Shown here piece by piece: positions 13,330-30,982 of a stretch of 64,000 bases of DNA. Under the pieces are notes generated by a model that worked only from the letters and a program-made list of their open reading frames with translations, was not told where the DNA came from and ran no database searches. Both the position numbers and the translations under genes were made by a program. Within the stretch, counting starts at the first letter, position 1, and each line of letters starts with the position of its first letter. This stretch comes from Eledone cirrhosa (Eukaryota), in assembly GCA_964016885.1 (NCBI GenBank), contig OZ024741.1, positions 66,836,001 to 66,900,000 of the forward strand, written 5' to 3'.

Positions 13330-13680
13330 GCGTTGTCGCTTTAATATGTAGGAGAGGGTGATGGTCAAATACCGAGACTTTATCAACTACTTCCTTTCTA
13401 TGTCGGTCTCCATCGAGATCTATGGTGTCCTTGGTCCCTCAACTTCGGTTTTCCTCTTCAAGATTGGGATGCCTGATGAAGAATCTCTGTGCGATGGAAG
13501 GTTTGATGCTGCTGCTGTCGTTAGCTGTTCTCCACGGTAATGTCTTCGCTATTTTTACTGCGAATGCAGCTGAAATATACCACCGTGACTGGGATGTAAA
13601 TCTGCATCTCCCTCCCCCTTTCCTTTACTTTCGGTATTTAATTATTTTTCTCTTTACTTTTCTTCTTTTTGCAAATATAT
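13330..13680 (+). mobile_element. Decayed 3' end of a CRE-like (RLE) non-LTR retrotransposon
   Basis: KYRDFINYFLSMSVSIEIYGVLGPSTSVFLFKIG...LSLAVLHGNVFAI resembles the CRE RLE C-terminus and the 42130-42545 fragment. Confidence 0.55.
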
Positions 13681-13758
13681 AACCCAGTTGAAATTAGTTG
13701 AATGAAATTTTACATTTATCCCAAAACCACATACAGACACACACACACGCACACACAC

Positions 13759-13873
<115 letters not shown>

Positions 13874-15388
13874 TATCAACAACAACAAATACAGGGACAC
13901 TAAATGAAAACTACGAAGCTCTTACCTACGCAATGATTTCGACCCTTCTACACGCTAGAACAAAAAACAAATAGCTTTATCTAAAATCTATGTCTCAAGG
14001 AATCAGAACTAACCAACATTCAAAAGTACAAATATCAACATTATAACAATTCTAATGCCAAACAAGACCCAAGTGAAGCAAAATCATCAAAAGTGATTTC
14101 CCTCCTATGCAAACCATTGATAATACTATTAAGAGAAAGACTAAGTCCTGAAGGTTAACTTGTAGTTGAAGAAATGTTTGCTTTTTAAGCAACACTCGAA
14201 CATACTGAAATAAGCATTTTCATTTCTGCGCTACCTACGTGAACTGTTGCCTTCACTTTGTGGCTAATTGCTATGATTAACATTTACCATTTTCTGATTT
14301 TCTGAACGGGGACTTGCCAACCTCTAAAAACCAAAACGAGGAGTACAATGATAAAAGTGCCCCAAAACAGGGAGAAATGAGGCAAAATGGGGAGACTTTT
14401 ACATAATGAAAGCTATACCCATTTCACAAAAGAAAACATCTCTCACCCACTCCAAAGTGGGTTGGAGATCTCCCCGTAGGATGGGGAAAGTTGAGAGTTA
14501 ACAGTTGCTAATCATTATCCTGCCGACACTTTTCATACTTTTCATTCGTTTCCATCATTGGCATTGATTTTTCACCTTTTTTTAAGACGGGGAAATAATT
14601 ATTTGAGATATTTTGATTAGAACGAATCTATTACACGCCACATTTTGTCATATGTCACGCTGGTTCGGAAGGAAAATTACTTTACTACACGTGTGTAGAA
14701 TCTCTAGTCATTTACAGATTAATCTAATATATATGTATTTCAATTGATTGAATAACTGAATGAACATCATAGAAACCGACGGAGAACCACGATGTCGAGA
14801 GTTGTGTTTGATGCTATTAATCACTCTTAGATTTGCGGTTTATATTGGATACAAATGTTTGCCAGTTTTGTATTTTTTATGCTGCTTTACTTTATTTATT
14901 TATTTACTTGTTGTTATTTCCTTCTTTAGTTGTTTGATGCTGAGTTTTATTTCGGTAGTGTGTGGTTATGGTGTATTGTGTCTCTGGATTTTATGAGCCT
15001 GGCTATTTCTGGTGTGTATTTTTGCGGTTATATATTTTCTATGTTGCCTTATTAGATGTTTTTGTATTTTTCCTTTTTAGATGCGTCTATAATAATTTTT
15101 TCCGGAAAGTTTATTTTTCTCCGTCCACAACGTCCGTCACAACAAACCGAATATAAAACAAGTAAACTTGGATGCCTACGTGTTGTAAGACAACCTACTA
15201 GAAATAGCAGCCAAATCCCTCTCAAATTACACCCACGCCATTTTAAAAGATGGATGCATTGGATATTATATTCTTGGGTGCTTAATGTCTAAAAGATAAA
15301 TGAAATGGTAGTAACAGATTCATTACTTTCCTTCATCGGATTGCTCGATCCCAGCTAGTTTGTGGCTAATGAACAGCAATTACAATGA

Positions 15389-15579
15389 CAGACCTGCCAA
15401 CCTCTAAAAACCCAAACGGGGAGTACCATGAAAAAAAGTGCCCCAAAACGGGGAGAAATCAAAATGGGGAGATTTTATATAATGAAAGCTATACCCATTT
15501 TCACAAGAGAAGACATCTCTCACCCACCCCAAAGTGGGCGGGCAATCTCTCCGTCGAACGGGGAGAGTTGACAGGTCTG
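15389..15579. mobile_element. MITE with 13-bp TIR and 6-bp TSD; older copy at ~14330-14495
   Basis: CAATGA|CAGACCTGCCAAC...GTTGACAGGTCTG|CAATGA. Confidence 0.8.
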
Positions 15580-15736
15580 CAATGAGCTCACCCTAAAACC
15601 ACAGCTTGAAAAATTGAAAGAATACACTAATTAATATAGTTCTGAATGTTTATTGCAGTGTTAAAAATATGAGATGGTCGAGGATGGAATATTTTCGCTT
15701 ATAGGTCTTCTTGAATACAGTTAATAGATGCTGGGA

Positions 15737-15855
15737 AGGCGTGTGGCTTAGTGTTTCGGGAATCAGATTCCCAATCGTGATGTTGCGAGTTGAATTCTCG
15801 GACCAAGTGTGCTGGTGTGTCCTTGAGCAAGTCATTTTATTCCACGCTGCTCTTT
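15737..15855 (+). mobile_element. CORE-type SINE fragment
   Basis: tRNA-like head plus TGTGTCCTTGAGCAAG CORE motif. Confidence 0.55.
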
Positions 15856-16009
15856 CTGCCAGGAGTTGTGACTAGTAGATAGTATCAGGAATGGAAAGAC
15901 CAATGGAAACACTGTTTCCTTGGTCCGATTTGACAAGGTCCGCTCTACTCAGTAAGCGGATGAGGTCTGGGATCTTGTCGATCGATCAGAGCGAATAGAT
16001 GTTGAATAT

Positions 16010-16212
16010 GAACACTACTATCACCACTGCCGCCGCCGCAGCCACCAACACTACACCATCACTAACACAAGGAACAACCCCAACTTCAACCACTACTATC
16101 ACCACCACCACCACAACAACAACTACTACCACTACCACAGCAAGAACAACAACAACGACCATCACAACAAGAGCACCAAAACAACACCACCACTACTATC
16201 ACCACCACCACC

Positions 16213-16246
<34 letters not shown>

Positions 16247-17132
16247 CAAAAATCACAACTACAACAACTACCACCACTACCGCAGCAACAATAACAACAA
16301 CAACAACCACTACAACAATACCAAAACAACACCACCACTACCATCACCACCACCACCACCACTGCAACAACAACAACGATCAGCACTATCACTATAACAA
16401 CAACGGCAACCACAACAACGATAAACACTACCACTACAACTACAACAACATCAATAACAATTACAATGACATACACCACCACCAGCAACCCCGCCAATCC
16501 CACCACTGCCACCACCCTCACCACCACCACTGCCACCACCCTCACCACCACCCTCACCACCACCACTGCCACCAACCTCATATCCCTCACCACCGCCACT
16601 GCCACCAACCTCACCACCCTCACCACCACCACTGCCACCAACCTCACACCCCCTCACCCCCACACCACCACTACTGCCACCCACCACTGCCACCACCCTC
16701 ACCACCAACACTGCCACCACCCTCACCACCACCACCACCCTCACCACCACCACCAACCTCACCTCACCACTACCCTCACCACCACCACTACCACCAATCT
16801 CACCACTGCCACCAACCTCACCACCCTCACCCCTACCACTGCCACCAACCTCACCACCCTCACCCCCACCACTGCCACCAACCTCACCACCCTCACCCCC
16901 ACCACTGCCACCAACCTCACCACCCTCACCCCCACCACTGCCACCAACCTCACCACCTTCACCCCCACCACTGCCACCACTGCCACCAACCTCACCACCC
17001 TCACCCCCACCACTGCCACCAACCTCACCACCTTCACCCCCACCACTGCCACCACTGCCACCACTGCCACCACTGCCACCACTGCCACCAACTTCACCAC
17101 CCTCACCCCCTCACCACCACCACCACTACCAT
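16010..17132. repeat. (ACC/ACA)n low-complexity tract with 33-bp minisatellite
   Basis: Unit ACCAACCTCACCACCCTCACCCCCACCACTGCC is repeated at ~16810-17070. Confidence 0.9.
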
Positions 17133-18929
17133 AACGACGGTGAGTTGCGTCATATTCTTTATGTATTTGTTCTTTTTCAATATATTTAAGCGACGGCTCC
17201 GTTGTGATCGCTACAAGCAACTTTCAAAGCACCCGATACATCGATCGATCGGCCAATCAATCAATCAATATACAACTACATATCCCTGTACATCACTATC
17301 CATTGAATGAAATTAGAATAGTGTGAGCCAAACATCTGATATAGTCTTTGCCAATTGCTTTGCCTTAGTCAGCAGTTTCAACACAAACAAAAAGACAAGC
17401 GTCGAAGGACAGGCATGCGCATACAAATACTCTCACCTCACACATATACACACTCAAATAACCATACACATATACATACACGTATGCGGACACGCACATA
17501 TACTGATATTCTCACTCAAAAATTCATACACATACGCGTATGCGAACGCGCACATATACTGATATTCACGCTCAAATAATCATACACATACACATACACA
17601 TGCGGACACGCACATATACACATATTCATATACGTTCACACACTCACATACAGAGGCACACATATAAGCACATATATAAACACACGCATTTACACACACA
17701 ATGACATGAGCTCACACATACATAGAAACGCGCATATGCGCATACGATAAAACACACGCATTCACATTTCTCTCTCCCACACACTCACATTTGAGCACAT
17801 ACATACATGCGCACAAACACACGCATTCCCTCTCTCTCTCTCTCCCATACATGCATATATAAGCGCATACATACATGCGTACGAACACATGCATATTGGC
17901 ATACGTTAGCATACAAATACGCACACATACATAAACACATATGAATACAGGCATTGATACATTACATAAGACTATAGTGAAACAGCACGCAAAATGGAAG
18001 ATAGAAAACCACACAAAGAAACAAAAAAACAACATTTTGATGAATGAATGGAAAATAACGAAAAGGAGGGAAAGAATAAAAAAAAGCTTGATAAAAACAA
18101 AATAATGAGGAATAAAATAGTAAGAAAAAGAAACTTAAAAGAAAATACACGAAGACATAAAATCTTTGAAAGTTTCTCATACGCCATCAATAATTTAGAA
18201 GGCACAGAAAGAATACGGAGATAAGAATTTTGGTTAGTTTGTTGGCTCCTTCAGTTATTGATTCAAAGGAACCGTCCTCTGAGAGGAATCAATAATAACG
18301 ATATACTGAAAAATATCAGGAAAAGTGTTTATGCTATTTGGGTAAACACTGGTTTATTTAAAGCTTGCATCCTATTCCATTCTTTGTGCGTTTCAGCTAC
18401 TTTGACTATGTACTTATCTGCATTAACGTCAGATTTTATTTTTGGCATCTGGTATTCTCTACGAAGTCATATAAAATGTTTTATTTTTATTTGGTTTTTC
18501 GCCTCGAATAACTGAACGACTAATTTTTCTCTCTCTCTCAACATAAGTTATAAACATGCATACATTAGAATGCTTAAGGAAATAATCGTAGTACAGATTT
18601 TACAGGAAAAGCAAACTGGCGGGAGACCCAGAGGTTGATCACGAACAAAATGGTAAGATAACATCCAGAAGCTCAGTTGGTCTTGCTTGAGGATCCAGCC
18701 GGTTGATGTGGAGACGCTTGCATCTGATAGGAAGTCATGCCTGATGGCTCTGACCCCACAACCCTCTCAGAGAGAAGATACCAGTTCTCGCACACACACT
18801 CGCTTAAAAATCATTCTCCCTTTGTTTTTCTTTTGTTTATTTATTACATAAATCATTATTGTTGTCATTTAGATCCCCGTTAACCCTTATAAATCTGAGC
18901 TATGCTGATAGCCTATAAATATTGATTTT

Positions 18930-19710
18930 TAATTTAGGCCCAAGTCCAGAACATTTTGAAATAAGGTCAATGTCGATTAAACCAATCCGAGTTCTTGACT
19001 GATACTTTATTTTATCGGTCCCGGTAAGATGAAAAGGAGAATTGACTACACCGGGATTTGAACTCAGAACTTAAAGAGCCAGAATAAATACTCAATAGTA
19101 TAAATATTAATAATAATATTAATAATAAATATCAATAATGACCATAACTCGCTTAAGCCCAAGATTAAATATTTTGAAGGGAGGGAACAATCGATTAAAT
19201 CATCTCCAGTACTTGCAGCTAATTTTTCTTTATTGTTTTTGGAAGGATGAAAGGCAAAGTTAGTTACTGAAGCATTTACAATCTGAAAGCAAAGGTTCTT
19301 ATTTAAGTAGGCTTCTTTTAATCCACAACCCTTATATTCAATAATAATGGTTTCTAATTTTGACACAAAGTCAGCAGTATTGGGGGAAATTCGATTCTAT
19401 TGACCATTTTACTTGACACTCGACAGTTAATTCATTTTATCGACCTTAGAAGGATGAAAAGAAAGGTTAACCTTGGCAGGATTTGAATTTAGAAAGTAAA
19501 GAATCAGAACAAATACTGTAAGAGATGTCCAACGTTCTAACGACACATCCAATCCTATCAATAATAACCATTTCTAACTTGCGAAACGCCAAAGATTTGG
19601 GAGCAGAGGTTAATCGATTGAATTGATTTAGAACATTTCAGGTACTTTATTTTATCGTAACCAAAAGAATGAAGACGAAGGTGACCTTGATGGAATTTGA
19701 GCTAATAACA
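18930..19710 (-). mobile_element. Cluster of about four diverged tandem SINE copies
   Basis: Repeated GATGAAAG...GGATTTGAA motifs separated by (AAT)n. Confidence 0.65.
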
Positions 19711-19741
19711 TACATAGTCTTACCTGAATGATTTCCTCACA

Positions 19742-21320
19742 ATGTTTATTGTGCCTCACCTTTCTCATACGGTCATACGGTATGAGAAAGGTGAGGCATA
19801 ATAAACATCCAGAAATAGCCGTCGAAACGGCTTGAGCTCTGCCGTCGGGGTCATACTTTTACCTATTTCCCACTCTACTACCCTAAGTATTGAGTACTCT
19901 GGTGCGTTATGGTCCATCTGGTTCCTTACCACAATTCCTTTGTTATATATATATATATATTTAGGTTTGAAGGTTCACCACTGGATAGAGCTGGTCATTC
20001 CGTATGGTCAATCTTGATGTAATAATATGGAGAGTACTCAACTTATATTTCGAATACCTGATGATATCACCGGATTCATACGGAACCCGGTCATTGAAAT
20101 GATCATAGTATAATAAACCTTTCAAGGATTTACACAAGTCCAGCCTCCTGTTATTTCATTACCCCTTACAAAATCGGCAAGTGGGGTGTTTCAGCCCTTG
20201 TCTACCCCCCCCCCCCGGGTCATTATGGGGTTTGAGGGCGAGGTAAGTCCTACGCAATCTGTGTTTGTATGCAGTTACCAGTTCGTTACGATTTTGTAAG
20301 GGGTAACCCCTGCTTACAAAGGTAGACGTAACTTTTTTATCTTTTCCTCTATATTTACTTCCCCCCCCATCTCTTCCTAGTCCTTCCACCCCAGATCTCC
20401 TTCCTTGTCTCTTTTTTTCACCTTTTCGCCTACCCCGATGCAGCCCATCGGTCCTCTGTAGCCTCAGTACCCCCACCCCCTAATTTTAAGATAGAATTGG
20501 CCGATTACGCTTTTTATATCAGATGTATTAGACCCCAGTAAATTGTGTTCTTTCTGGTTGCTGCTCCATTTCTGTGGTTTCTAAATTTTTTAGTGGTATT
20601 TTTGTATTAGTATTTATGTATTAGTATTCTGAATTATTATTTCGTATTTGTATTTTTGTAGTAGTATTTTAGCATTTTTGTTCTCAACTTATTAACCTGT
20701 CATTGTAAGATAGCAATGGCTGATTACTAACTAACTATAGCAGTGGTGTCAGACCCCCTGTAAAGCCGGCTTTATAAAATTCTTTCACTACAATCTCGTA
20801 TTTAGTAATTTTCTCCACCTATTAAACTTTCCTATAGCTTAGAAATACCAATGAGAGATTTGGTGATTGCCGAACTGGAGTAGTAACCAGAAATTGTGTT
20901 TTTTTAAAATATATATTTATTTCCTTATTTTTATAATGTGTTTTTTTGTTTACTCCCTTTCGATTTACCTATTCTTTCAACCCCTCCCCTTCTCCAGTAC
21001 ACTTCTTCCGACCTTCTATACACTATCCTTAGAATCTGCTGTATAGATTTCACTTTCAACGCTTGACTGGGTTTCTCCCACTCCCTCTTTGTTCTACTGC
21101 CAAGTTCAGCTACCCCTACCTCCCACCAAATGCCATGATAGAATCATCTGTCTTTACAACACATTTTTAACCAATCCTTTTGACAATTACTATCTTCCCA
21201 TATAAGGAACTACCCCCTGAGAAGTTTGGCTATTTATTTACCAGGCTAAAAATTCTTATTTAGTCCAGAATTAGCCGTCGAAACGGCTTCAGCTCTGCCG
21301 TCGGGGTCATACTTGTTCCT
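19742..21320 (+). mobile_element. Composite of family A pLTR pieces (19808-19945; 20160-21320, HHR 21212-21307) and family D pLTR (19960-20160)
   Basis: Homology to 8636-9212 and 34228-34652. Hairpin junctions at 19742-19808 and 20160/20305. Confidence 0.75.
20055..20110 (+). ncRNA. Hammerhead ribozyme family D
   Basis: TAC-CTGATGA-TATC ACCGG...CCGGT CATT-GAAA-TGATCA-TA^GTA. Confidence 0.8.
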
Positions 21321-21335
21321 ATATATATATATATA

Positions 21336-21566
21336 CAGAGATATCCACGGTAAGTTGTGGGGTCTAGTTTGCATGAACAACTCAATGTAATCAATATGTT
21401 GAAAATGTTGTAGGTTAAAATAAATCTCGGAAAACAATAAAACATTAAAAGGAAACAGAATCATGATATAAGTTAAAACAATGAAATAAAAAATCAAGTC
21501 ATTAGAAATATACTTCAAGTATATTTCTAATGACTTGATTTTTTATTTCATTGTTTTAACTTATAT
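21336..21566. repeat. Perfect 50-bp palindrome (21466-21566) with a one-sided ~130-bp tail, between (TA)n
   Basis: Arms 21466-21515 and 21517-21566 around a 1-nt loop. Confidence 0.85.
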
Positions 21567-21676
21567 ATATATATATATAAAGAAGGAATAATAACAGGTA
21601 GACATCATAAAAAGGTAATTTATTCTGTGTGCTTACAAATGTTTCCACGGTGGTTATACAGCCTAGTTATGCTATG

Positions 21677-21736
<60 letters not shown>

Positions 21737-21741
<5 letters not shown>

Positions 21742-22975
21742 TTCTCACTATTACATTCGAAAACACAAGTAAAGTAGTTAATTTCCTTGATATAACTTTA
21801 GACTTATCTACGGGTATCTACCAACCTTACCATAAACCTAACCAAAATTTACACTACATACACTCAAAATCTAATCACCCTAAATCTATCCTTAAAAACC
21901 TAGCATATAATATCTTACTCAGAATTTCTAACCTTTCATCTAACCAAGATGTATTCGATAAAAATGCGACCTTTTATAACGAAGCTTTAGCTAGAAGCGG
22001 CCACAAAAACAAATTAGTATATATACCTTGTACCAATAATACTACAAACATACAACCCAATATTACCAACAAACACCAAATGAAATATACACACCTAAAT
22101 ACCACTACACTATACCCCAAAATACCAACTTAAAACTTAATTTCTCTACCTCTTCTAATATACAATATAATAACTTTCAAAAAACCATTCATCCTAATAT
22201 TCCAATATATGTTAATAACATTACTAACAAAATTCCTAATAATCAGGCTAAAACACCTAAATCAGTGAATCTAACTAAAAATATGTGTAATAAAATCACT
22301 AATACTAATTCTCTTAGTAAACATCAGGATACATCATATAATAATAAAAAACAACATCGAAACCGTAATAAACGAGTTACTTGGTCTAATGCTCCATTTA
22401 ATCTATAAATTAAAGATAATATACCTAAACAATTTTTTACTATCCTAGAGAAAAACTTCCCGCCAAACCATAAATACAATCAAATTTTAAATAGATCAAC
22501 GGTCAAATTCTCCTACTCAACAGCCAAAAATATACAACAAAATATAAGTGCCTACAATGCATATAAATGTAAAAAAACCATGAATATACCACCAACACAT
22601 CAAACTAACCATAATACTAAAATAAACCACAGCAAACCACCATCTCATTCACATACAACAAGTCGAGAAAATTCCACACCTAATTTGACTAACTCCCCTG
22701 ATATAACATTCACGAAAGGTTGTAACTGTATAAACAAAGCAAATTGCCCATTAAAAGGAAATTGCCTTATTAATAACATAGTATATAAATGTAAAAAAAG
22801 CACTAAGGACTCAACTTATTCATATATAGGAGCTACTTCTAACCAATTTAAAGTAAGATTTAATACCCACAAACACAGTTTTAAAAATGAGGCATTAGCT
22901 AATACAACATGTAAATAAGACAAAGTAAATCAGACGAGTAAATCAGACAAAGTTGGAATTCCTCTTATTAATATA
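21737..22975 (+). pseudogene. 5'-truncated PLE (Nematis-like): RT thumb + GIY-YIG endonuclease
   Basis: VNFLDITLDL..YQPYHKPN..YIHSKSNHP; CNCINKANCPLKGNCLINNIVYKC..YIGATSNQFKVRFNTH. The 3' end matches the pLTR end at 36712-36760. Confidence 0.85.
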
Positions 22976-22989
22976 TATATATATATATA

Positions 22990-25969
<2,980 letters not shown>

Positions 25970-26367
25970 GTGTGTGTGTCTGTTTGCATGTATACATACA
26001 TACATATATATATATATACAGAGAAAGAGGAGAGATAGAAACGAAGACGAAAAGAGAGAAAGATGGAGAAGATACGAAGACATATTTAACTTTTATTGCT
26101 ATATGAAGTAAAATGCAATATTATTTAACATTACTTTAAAAAAAAAATGAAAGGAGATATACTGAAAATCTGCAATACGAAAAATAACTCTGCAGCTGCG
26201 ATATAGTTTTCATATTCTTTCTATACATACACAGAGTTAAGTGATAGCTTTTAAACAGTATTTTTCTTTTGTGCCTTAGTAACGATAAAATATATATCAT
26301 GTTTTTCTCATCTTAGTGGCAAAATCACTTCTCATTATTTACTTCCCCTCTACTCCTTTGCTTGTCC

Positions 26368-26405
<38 letters not shown>

Positions 26406-28839
26406 TCATGCGCAGAATGAGAATTTCCAACCTTTCGTATAAAGACCATCTTCGGAAATTGTAAAAAAAGAGTTTCTTCGCCCACAAGAGCGTGCATATT
26501 CTCATTGGCAAAGAACAAGGAAATTACAAACCCACCTGGAAAAGTGAAGGCATATTATATAGAATAAACTTTCATGGATATTATCCATGGGAAAGAGTAA
26601 ATATCCATGGCCTGAACACTCTGTCGTGGCTTACACGACTATAAAACTATCATCAAGAATAACAACAGCAGTAACGATAAAAGAAAATGCAACAACAGCA
26701 ACAATAATGTTTTAGTCAATCTCGTATGTATCAACGTGTGCACTTTCTCTCCGAGCACAACAGTAGCTTGTGGTAGTGCGGAGAGAACGACTTCCATGCA
26801 AAGGTGTCATATAGTTTGCCACCAAACAAAACGAAACAAAACAAAACAAAAGATAATAAAAGGTTTGACCATGATTGCCCCTTGGAGGGAGCCGTTCCAG
26901 GTGCACATCCATGATCTGATGAGGCATACTAAGGCCCACTTGTCAATCAACGTGTAACTCCGCCTTCAGAGAGATGGACTCTGCTGAATCATCAGATTAA
27001 TTTCAGTATCGAAGCAGTCTAAGCTCGGCTGTTGTGCAGTATAGCCAATAATAATATCCGCACACAATTGTATTTACGTGTGGAGTTCTAAGTTGAATAA
27101 TGGTTTTCTGGTCTTAACTAGCAACATCTCATTTCCTTCCATAGAAGGAAAGAGTGATAGAGAGGAAGTGAGAAAGTGATATAGAGAAAGATATAGAGAT
27201 ATAGAGAGATATAGAAACATTAATACTGGGCTGGTACTTTTTTTTCAGCGACGTTGAAAAGGTGAAAGGCAAAGTCGACATAAGCGGGATTTGAATGTAG
27301 AGCTCAGAGAGCCGGAACGAATACCGCAAATTATCCTGTCTGACATTCTAATGACTCTGACAATTCGCTGCGTCTCAATAGGATTTCTCCGATTGAATTC
27401 TTGTGGATCTGATCGGTAGACTGGTTCACTCTAGCAATGTTTAGCAGACAACCCAGATTGACACTTCAGTTTCTTTCTCTCTAAAAAAAAAAAAAGCAAC
27501 TAAAAATCACAAAAGAGAAAAGTAAAAAAAAGCACACACAGACATACACACATAGAAACAAGCATACACACATAGATACACATGCATAGACACACACACA
27601 CACATACATAGATACACACACACATACACACATAGAAACACGCATACACACATAGACACACACATGCATAGACACACACACACACATATATACATAGAGA
27701 CACACACATACTTAGACACACACACATACATAGAAACACACACACATAGAGACGCACATACACACACATAGACACACACATGCATAGACTCACACATACA
27801 TAGAGATACACACACACAGACACACGCACTAACACTGGCACACTCACACAGAGACACATACACGCTCACCTACCTATAGGCAGTGTACAAATATTAATGC
27901 AGGAAATATTAAAAAGGTAAACTAAAAATAAATATGCCGTGAGGAAAAATCAATGTTATTATTTCGGTAAGAACGGGAGACAACTCTAGCTTGATTCAGA
28001 AAAGGATTGAAAGGAAGTCTACTTGGCAAAATTGTGACTGAGGTATCTTTGAATGTACACACTGGAACATACGTACATACGTACACACACACGCACACAC
28101 ACATACATATACACAAACAGCCACGCACACACACACACACGCACACACACACACACACACGCTAATTCATATAGATACACACACAGGCACACACACATAC
28201 ATATACACAAACACATGCGCACACACACTCACACACATGTATATATATATATATATACACGATTAGTATTATTTTCATTATTTTGTTAGTTAGAAGGGTG
28301 GAAAACATGTTAAAATATGTAAATTTATTGTTATAGAAAACTAGAATTGTTTAGAGAATAAACTGTTGGCGAAGATGTCCGCTTGAAAAAAGAAACAAAC
28401 AAACCAATTGTTTAGTGCTAACGTATTTAATAGATGACTCATCAAAAATGGAACGAGAAATATTTAAGCCCCGAGGACAATCATTAGTCAATGGCTAATA
28501 TTGTTCTAATTATTTCTGTAAGTATGGGAGACAATTTCGTACATGTCAGGGTCATATTGTACTATCTTCGATAAAGAATAATCTTTACCGCATTTGCCAA
28601 ACTATACTAAAATGTATATATTGGTTCACTTAAAAAAACAAACAATTTCTCATAGAATAAAATATCCAGAAAGAGTATCTATAATAAAATTAATAACCAA
28701 ACAAAATGCACACATGTTTGCAATTAAAAATATAATTCTTTATACAATATAGTATTGGCAGAGTAGTTAAAGCATATCCACACATTATTGGATATCCATG
28801 GATTTTCTTGAGTTCCTTCAAAATTTAATGAGTTACGGT

Positions 28840-30070
28840 ATTCATGTCGGAGAGATATGATGCGACATTCAAATGTCTGGACTGATGTTAGATCCCTGCC
28901 TCCCTGCTTACGTTTCAAGTAAAGGCGGTCTATGTCACTGTTGATGTGGAAGCTTCCGGTGTTGTTCAGTATTTTTCGAGTTCCAACATCAGCTGCTCGG
29001 ATTTCGTCTATCGTCCAATTGAGTATTCCAAACGTTGGTGTTAGGACAGGCACAGCAAACACATTGTGAGCCACTGTTTTGTTTTGCGCAGAGAGTTCCG
29101 ATGACCAGATCTTTCTTAATCGGGTGTAGTATTCCATGGTCACGCGTTCTTTATTACAGATACCATTATAGGATATGTTCTCATCTATCCCCAGGTATCT
29201 GTAGCAGTCCTCATCAGGTATTGGTGAAACAGTTAGGCCATTGATGACAATGATGCTAGATTGGGTTGTTGTTTTTCCCCGCTTTACAGTCATGTATGAG
29301 CATTTATCTTGGCCAAACTCCATTCCTATATCCTTTGAGAACGTTGTAACCTGGTCAAGATTTTTCTGCATCCCTTCCATGTTCTTGGCATAGAGTTTCA
29401 GATCGTCCACAAAGAAATTATGGATTAGGTTCGTATTTCTGTCCTTCTGTGAGCCAATGATGTATCCCTCACATTTCTTGAGCTGAAAGGACAAGAGGAT
29501 TAATGACAAGATGAATAATACCACAGAGAGACTGTCCCCCTGAAATATACACCTGCAATATTTTATTTTATCAGTGAAAATAAAGTCCTCCCTCTCTGTC
29601 TTTAACCTTAGGATAGTAGTCCAAGAAGAAGACAGCCTCTCTATGGCTCTGACAATAATGTCTGGGACTTTAGCAAGTTGGAGGGCCTCTATCATCCAAG
29701 AGTGGGGAACATAATCGAAAGCTTTCCTGTAGTCCAGCCAGACTGTAGTCATATTCCTCCTAACTTGTCGCACCTCCGACATCGCAGTTTTGTTGATTAG
29801 GAGTTGTTCAGCACATCCACAAGGCCCTTATTTCCAGCTGCTTGTTGATCTGTGATGATGTTATTATTTTCGCAGTGATCTTGGAGGAATAGGTTCAGGC
29901 AGGCTGTATACATCTTATACATCAGGTTCTGGCATGCAATGGGTCGGTAGTTTTTTGCCAAGTGGGTGTCTTTGTTTTGGGGGACCAGTAACGTTTGTGC
30001 TAATGTCAACCATTCTGGTATAAGTGTATCTCCCTTAAGAACTTGTTGGTAGAGGTCAGTAAGATACCTC
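28840..30070 (-). pseudogene. R4/Dong-like non-LTR reverse transcriptase fragment
   Basis: NYRPIAC, WLDYRKAFDYVPHSW, IFQGDSLS, FVDDLKLYA, FSKDIGMEFGQDKC, RLYLKRKQGGR. Frameshift near 29790. Confidence 0.85.
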
Positions 30071-30165
30071 AGATAGAATGTGTATGTATGTATGTATGTA
30101 TGTATGTATGTATGTATGTATGTATGTATGTATGTATGTATGTATGTATATATGTATGTATGTAT

Positions 30166-30773
30166 GTCAGGTCACCAGTTGGTGCTACTGGTAACATGTA
30201 TCCCAGTACAACCTGTCTCATGGTCGGGTCGTTGGCGACTAAACTGGCAACCCCACCAAGGTTTCTTGGTGAGGAGGGTGACTTTGGACATCCTGCAGGA
30301 CTAAAAACAAAACCCGTCAAAGGGCAAATGAGCTCTTAAGAGTCAATGGCCATCCAAAATTACCGGGAGAGATGACCCCTTAGCCTTTGTCAAGGCAGAA
30401 TTCTAGGAGAAGGAAAACTCTGATATAACACCTGCAAATCTGATGGTATCCAATGATGTTGATTTGTTCTTCTTTTTGGTAAATATCATCTTGGTTAAGA
30501 GAGTGGGACTGGCTTTGTGCAGTGCCTTTGCTCACTATAAAAGCTTCACAGCACAAGCATTGCTTTATATCTGGAGATCTCTCTGCACTTGTCGTCACAT
30601 GGTACCATGGGCCCAGCACTATATATCAATAATTGTCACAAGTGTAGTGTTTGTACAAGAGTTTTCAAGTCGCTGGCCGGACTAAAAAGTCACACTCATT
30701 CAGCGCATCGGTAGGGGTTCTCCTACATGGATATAAAATAGTGGCCGTACTCGAAAACGAGTTGGCAGCCACC
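30166..30773 (+). mobile_element. RTE-derived bipartite short retroelement, copy 2
   Basis: Reverse complement of 1247-1838, with (TATG)n on both sides. Confidence 0.7.
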
Positions 30774-30982
30774 ATGTGTGTGTGTATGTATGTATGTATG
30801 TATGTATGTATGTATGTATGTATGTATGTTTATTCCTATATGTGTGAGTATGTATTTATTTATGTTTGTATGTATGTATGGACGGATGTATGTATGTATC
30901 TATATGTTCATGTTCTCTCTCACTCGCATTCTTTCTCTTACTCACAAAGACACTTACATATTGCATACATATATACTATATG

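Noticed and set aside
15999-17220. Mucin-like Thr-rich ORFs (TNLTTLTPTTA)n
   Set aside because: Trinucleotide-derived minisatellite that is open in several frames on both strands, with no signal peptide or splice evidence.
26915-26945. CTGATGA hammerhead core (also at ~13473 and ~14148)
   Set aside because: No correctly placed stem II + GAAA + NUH.
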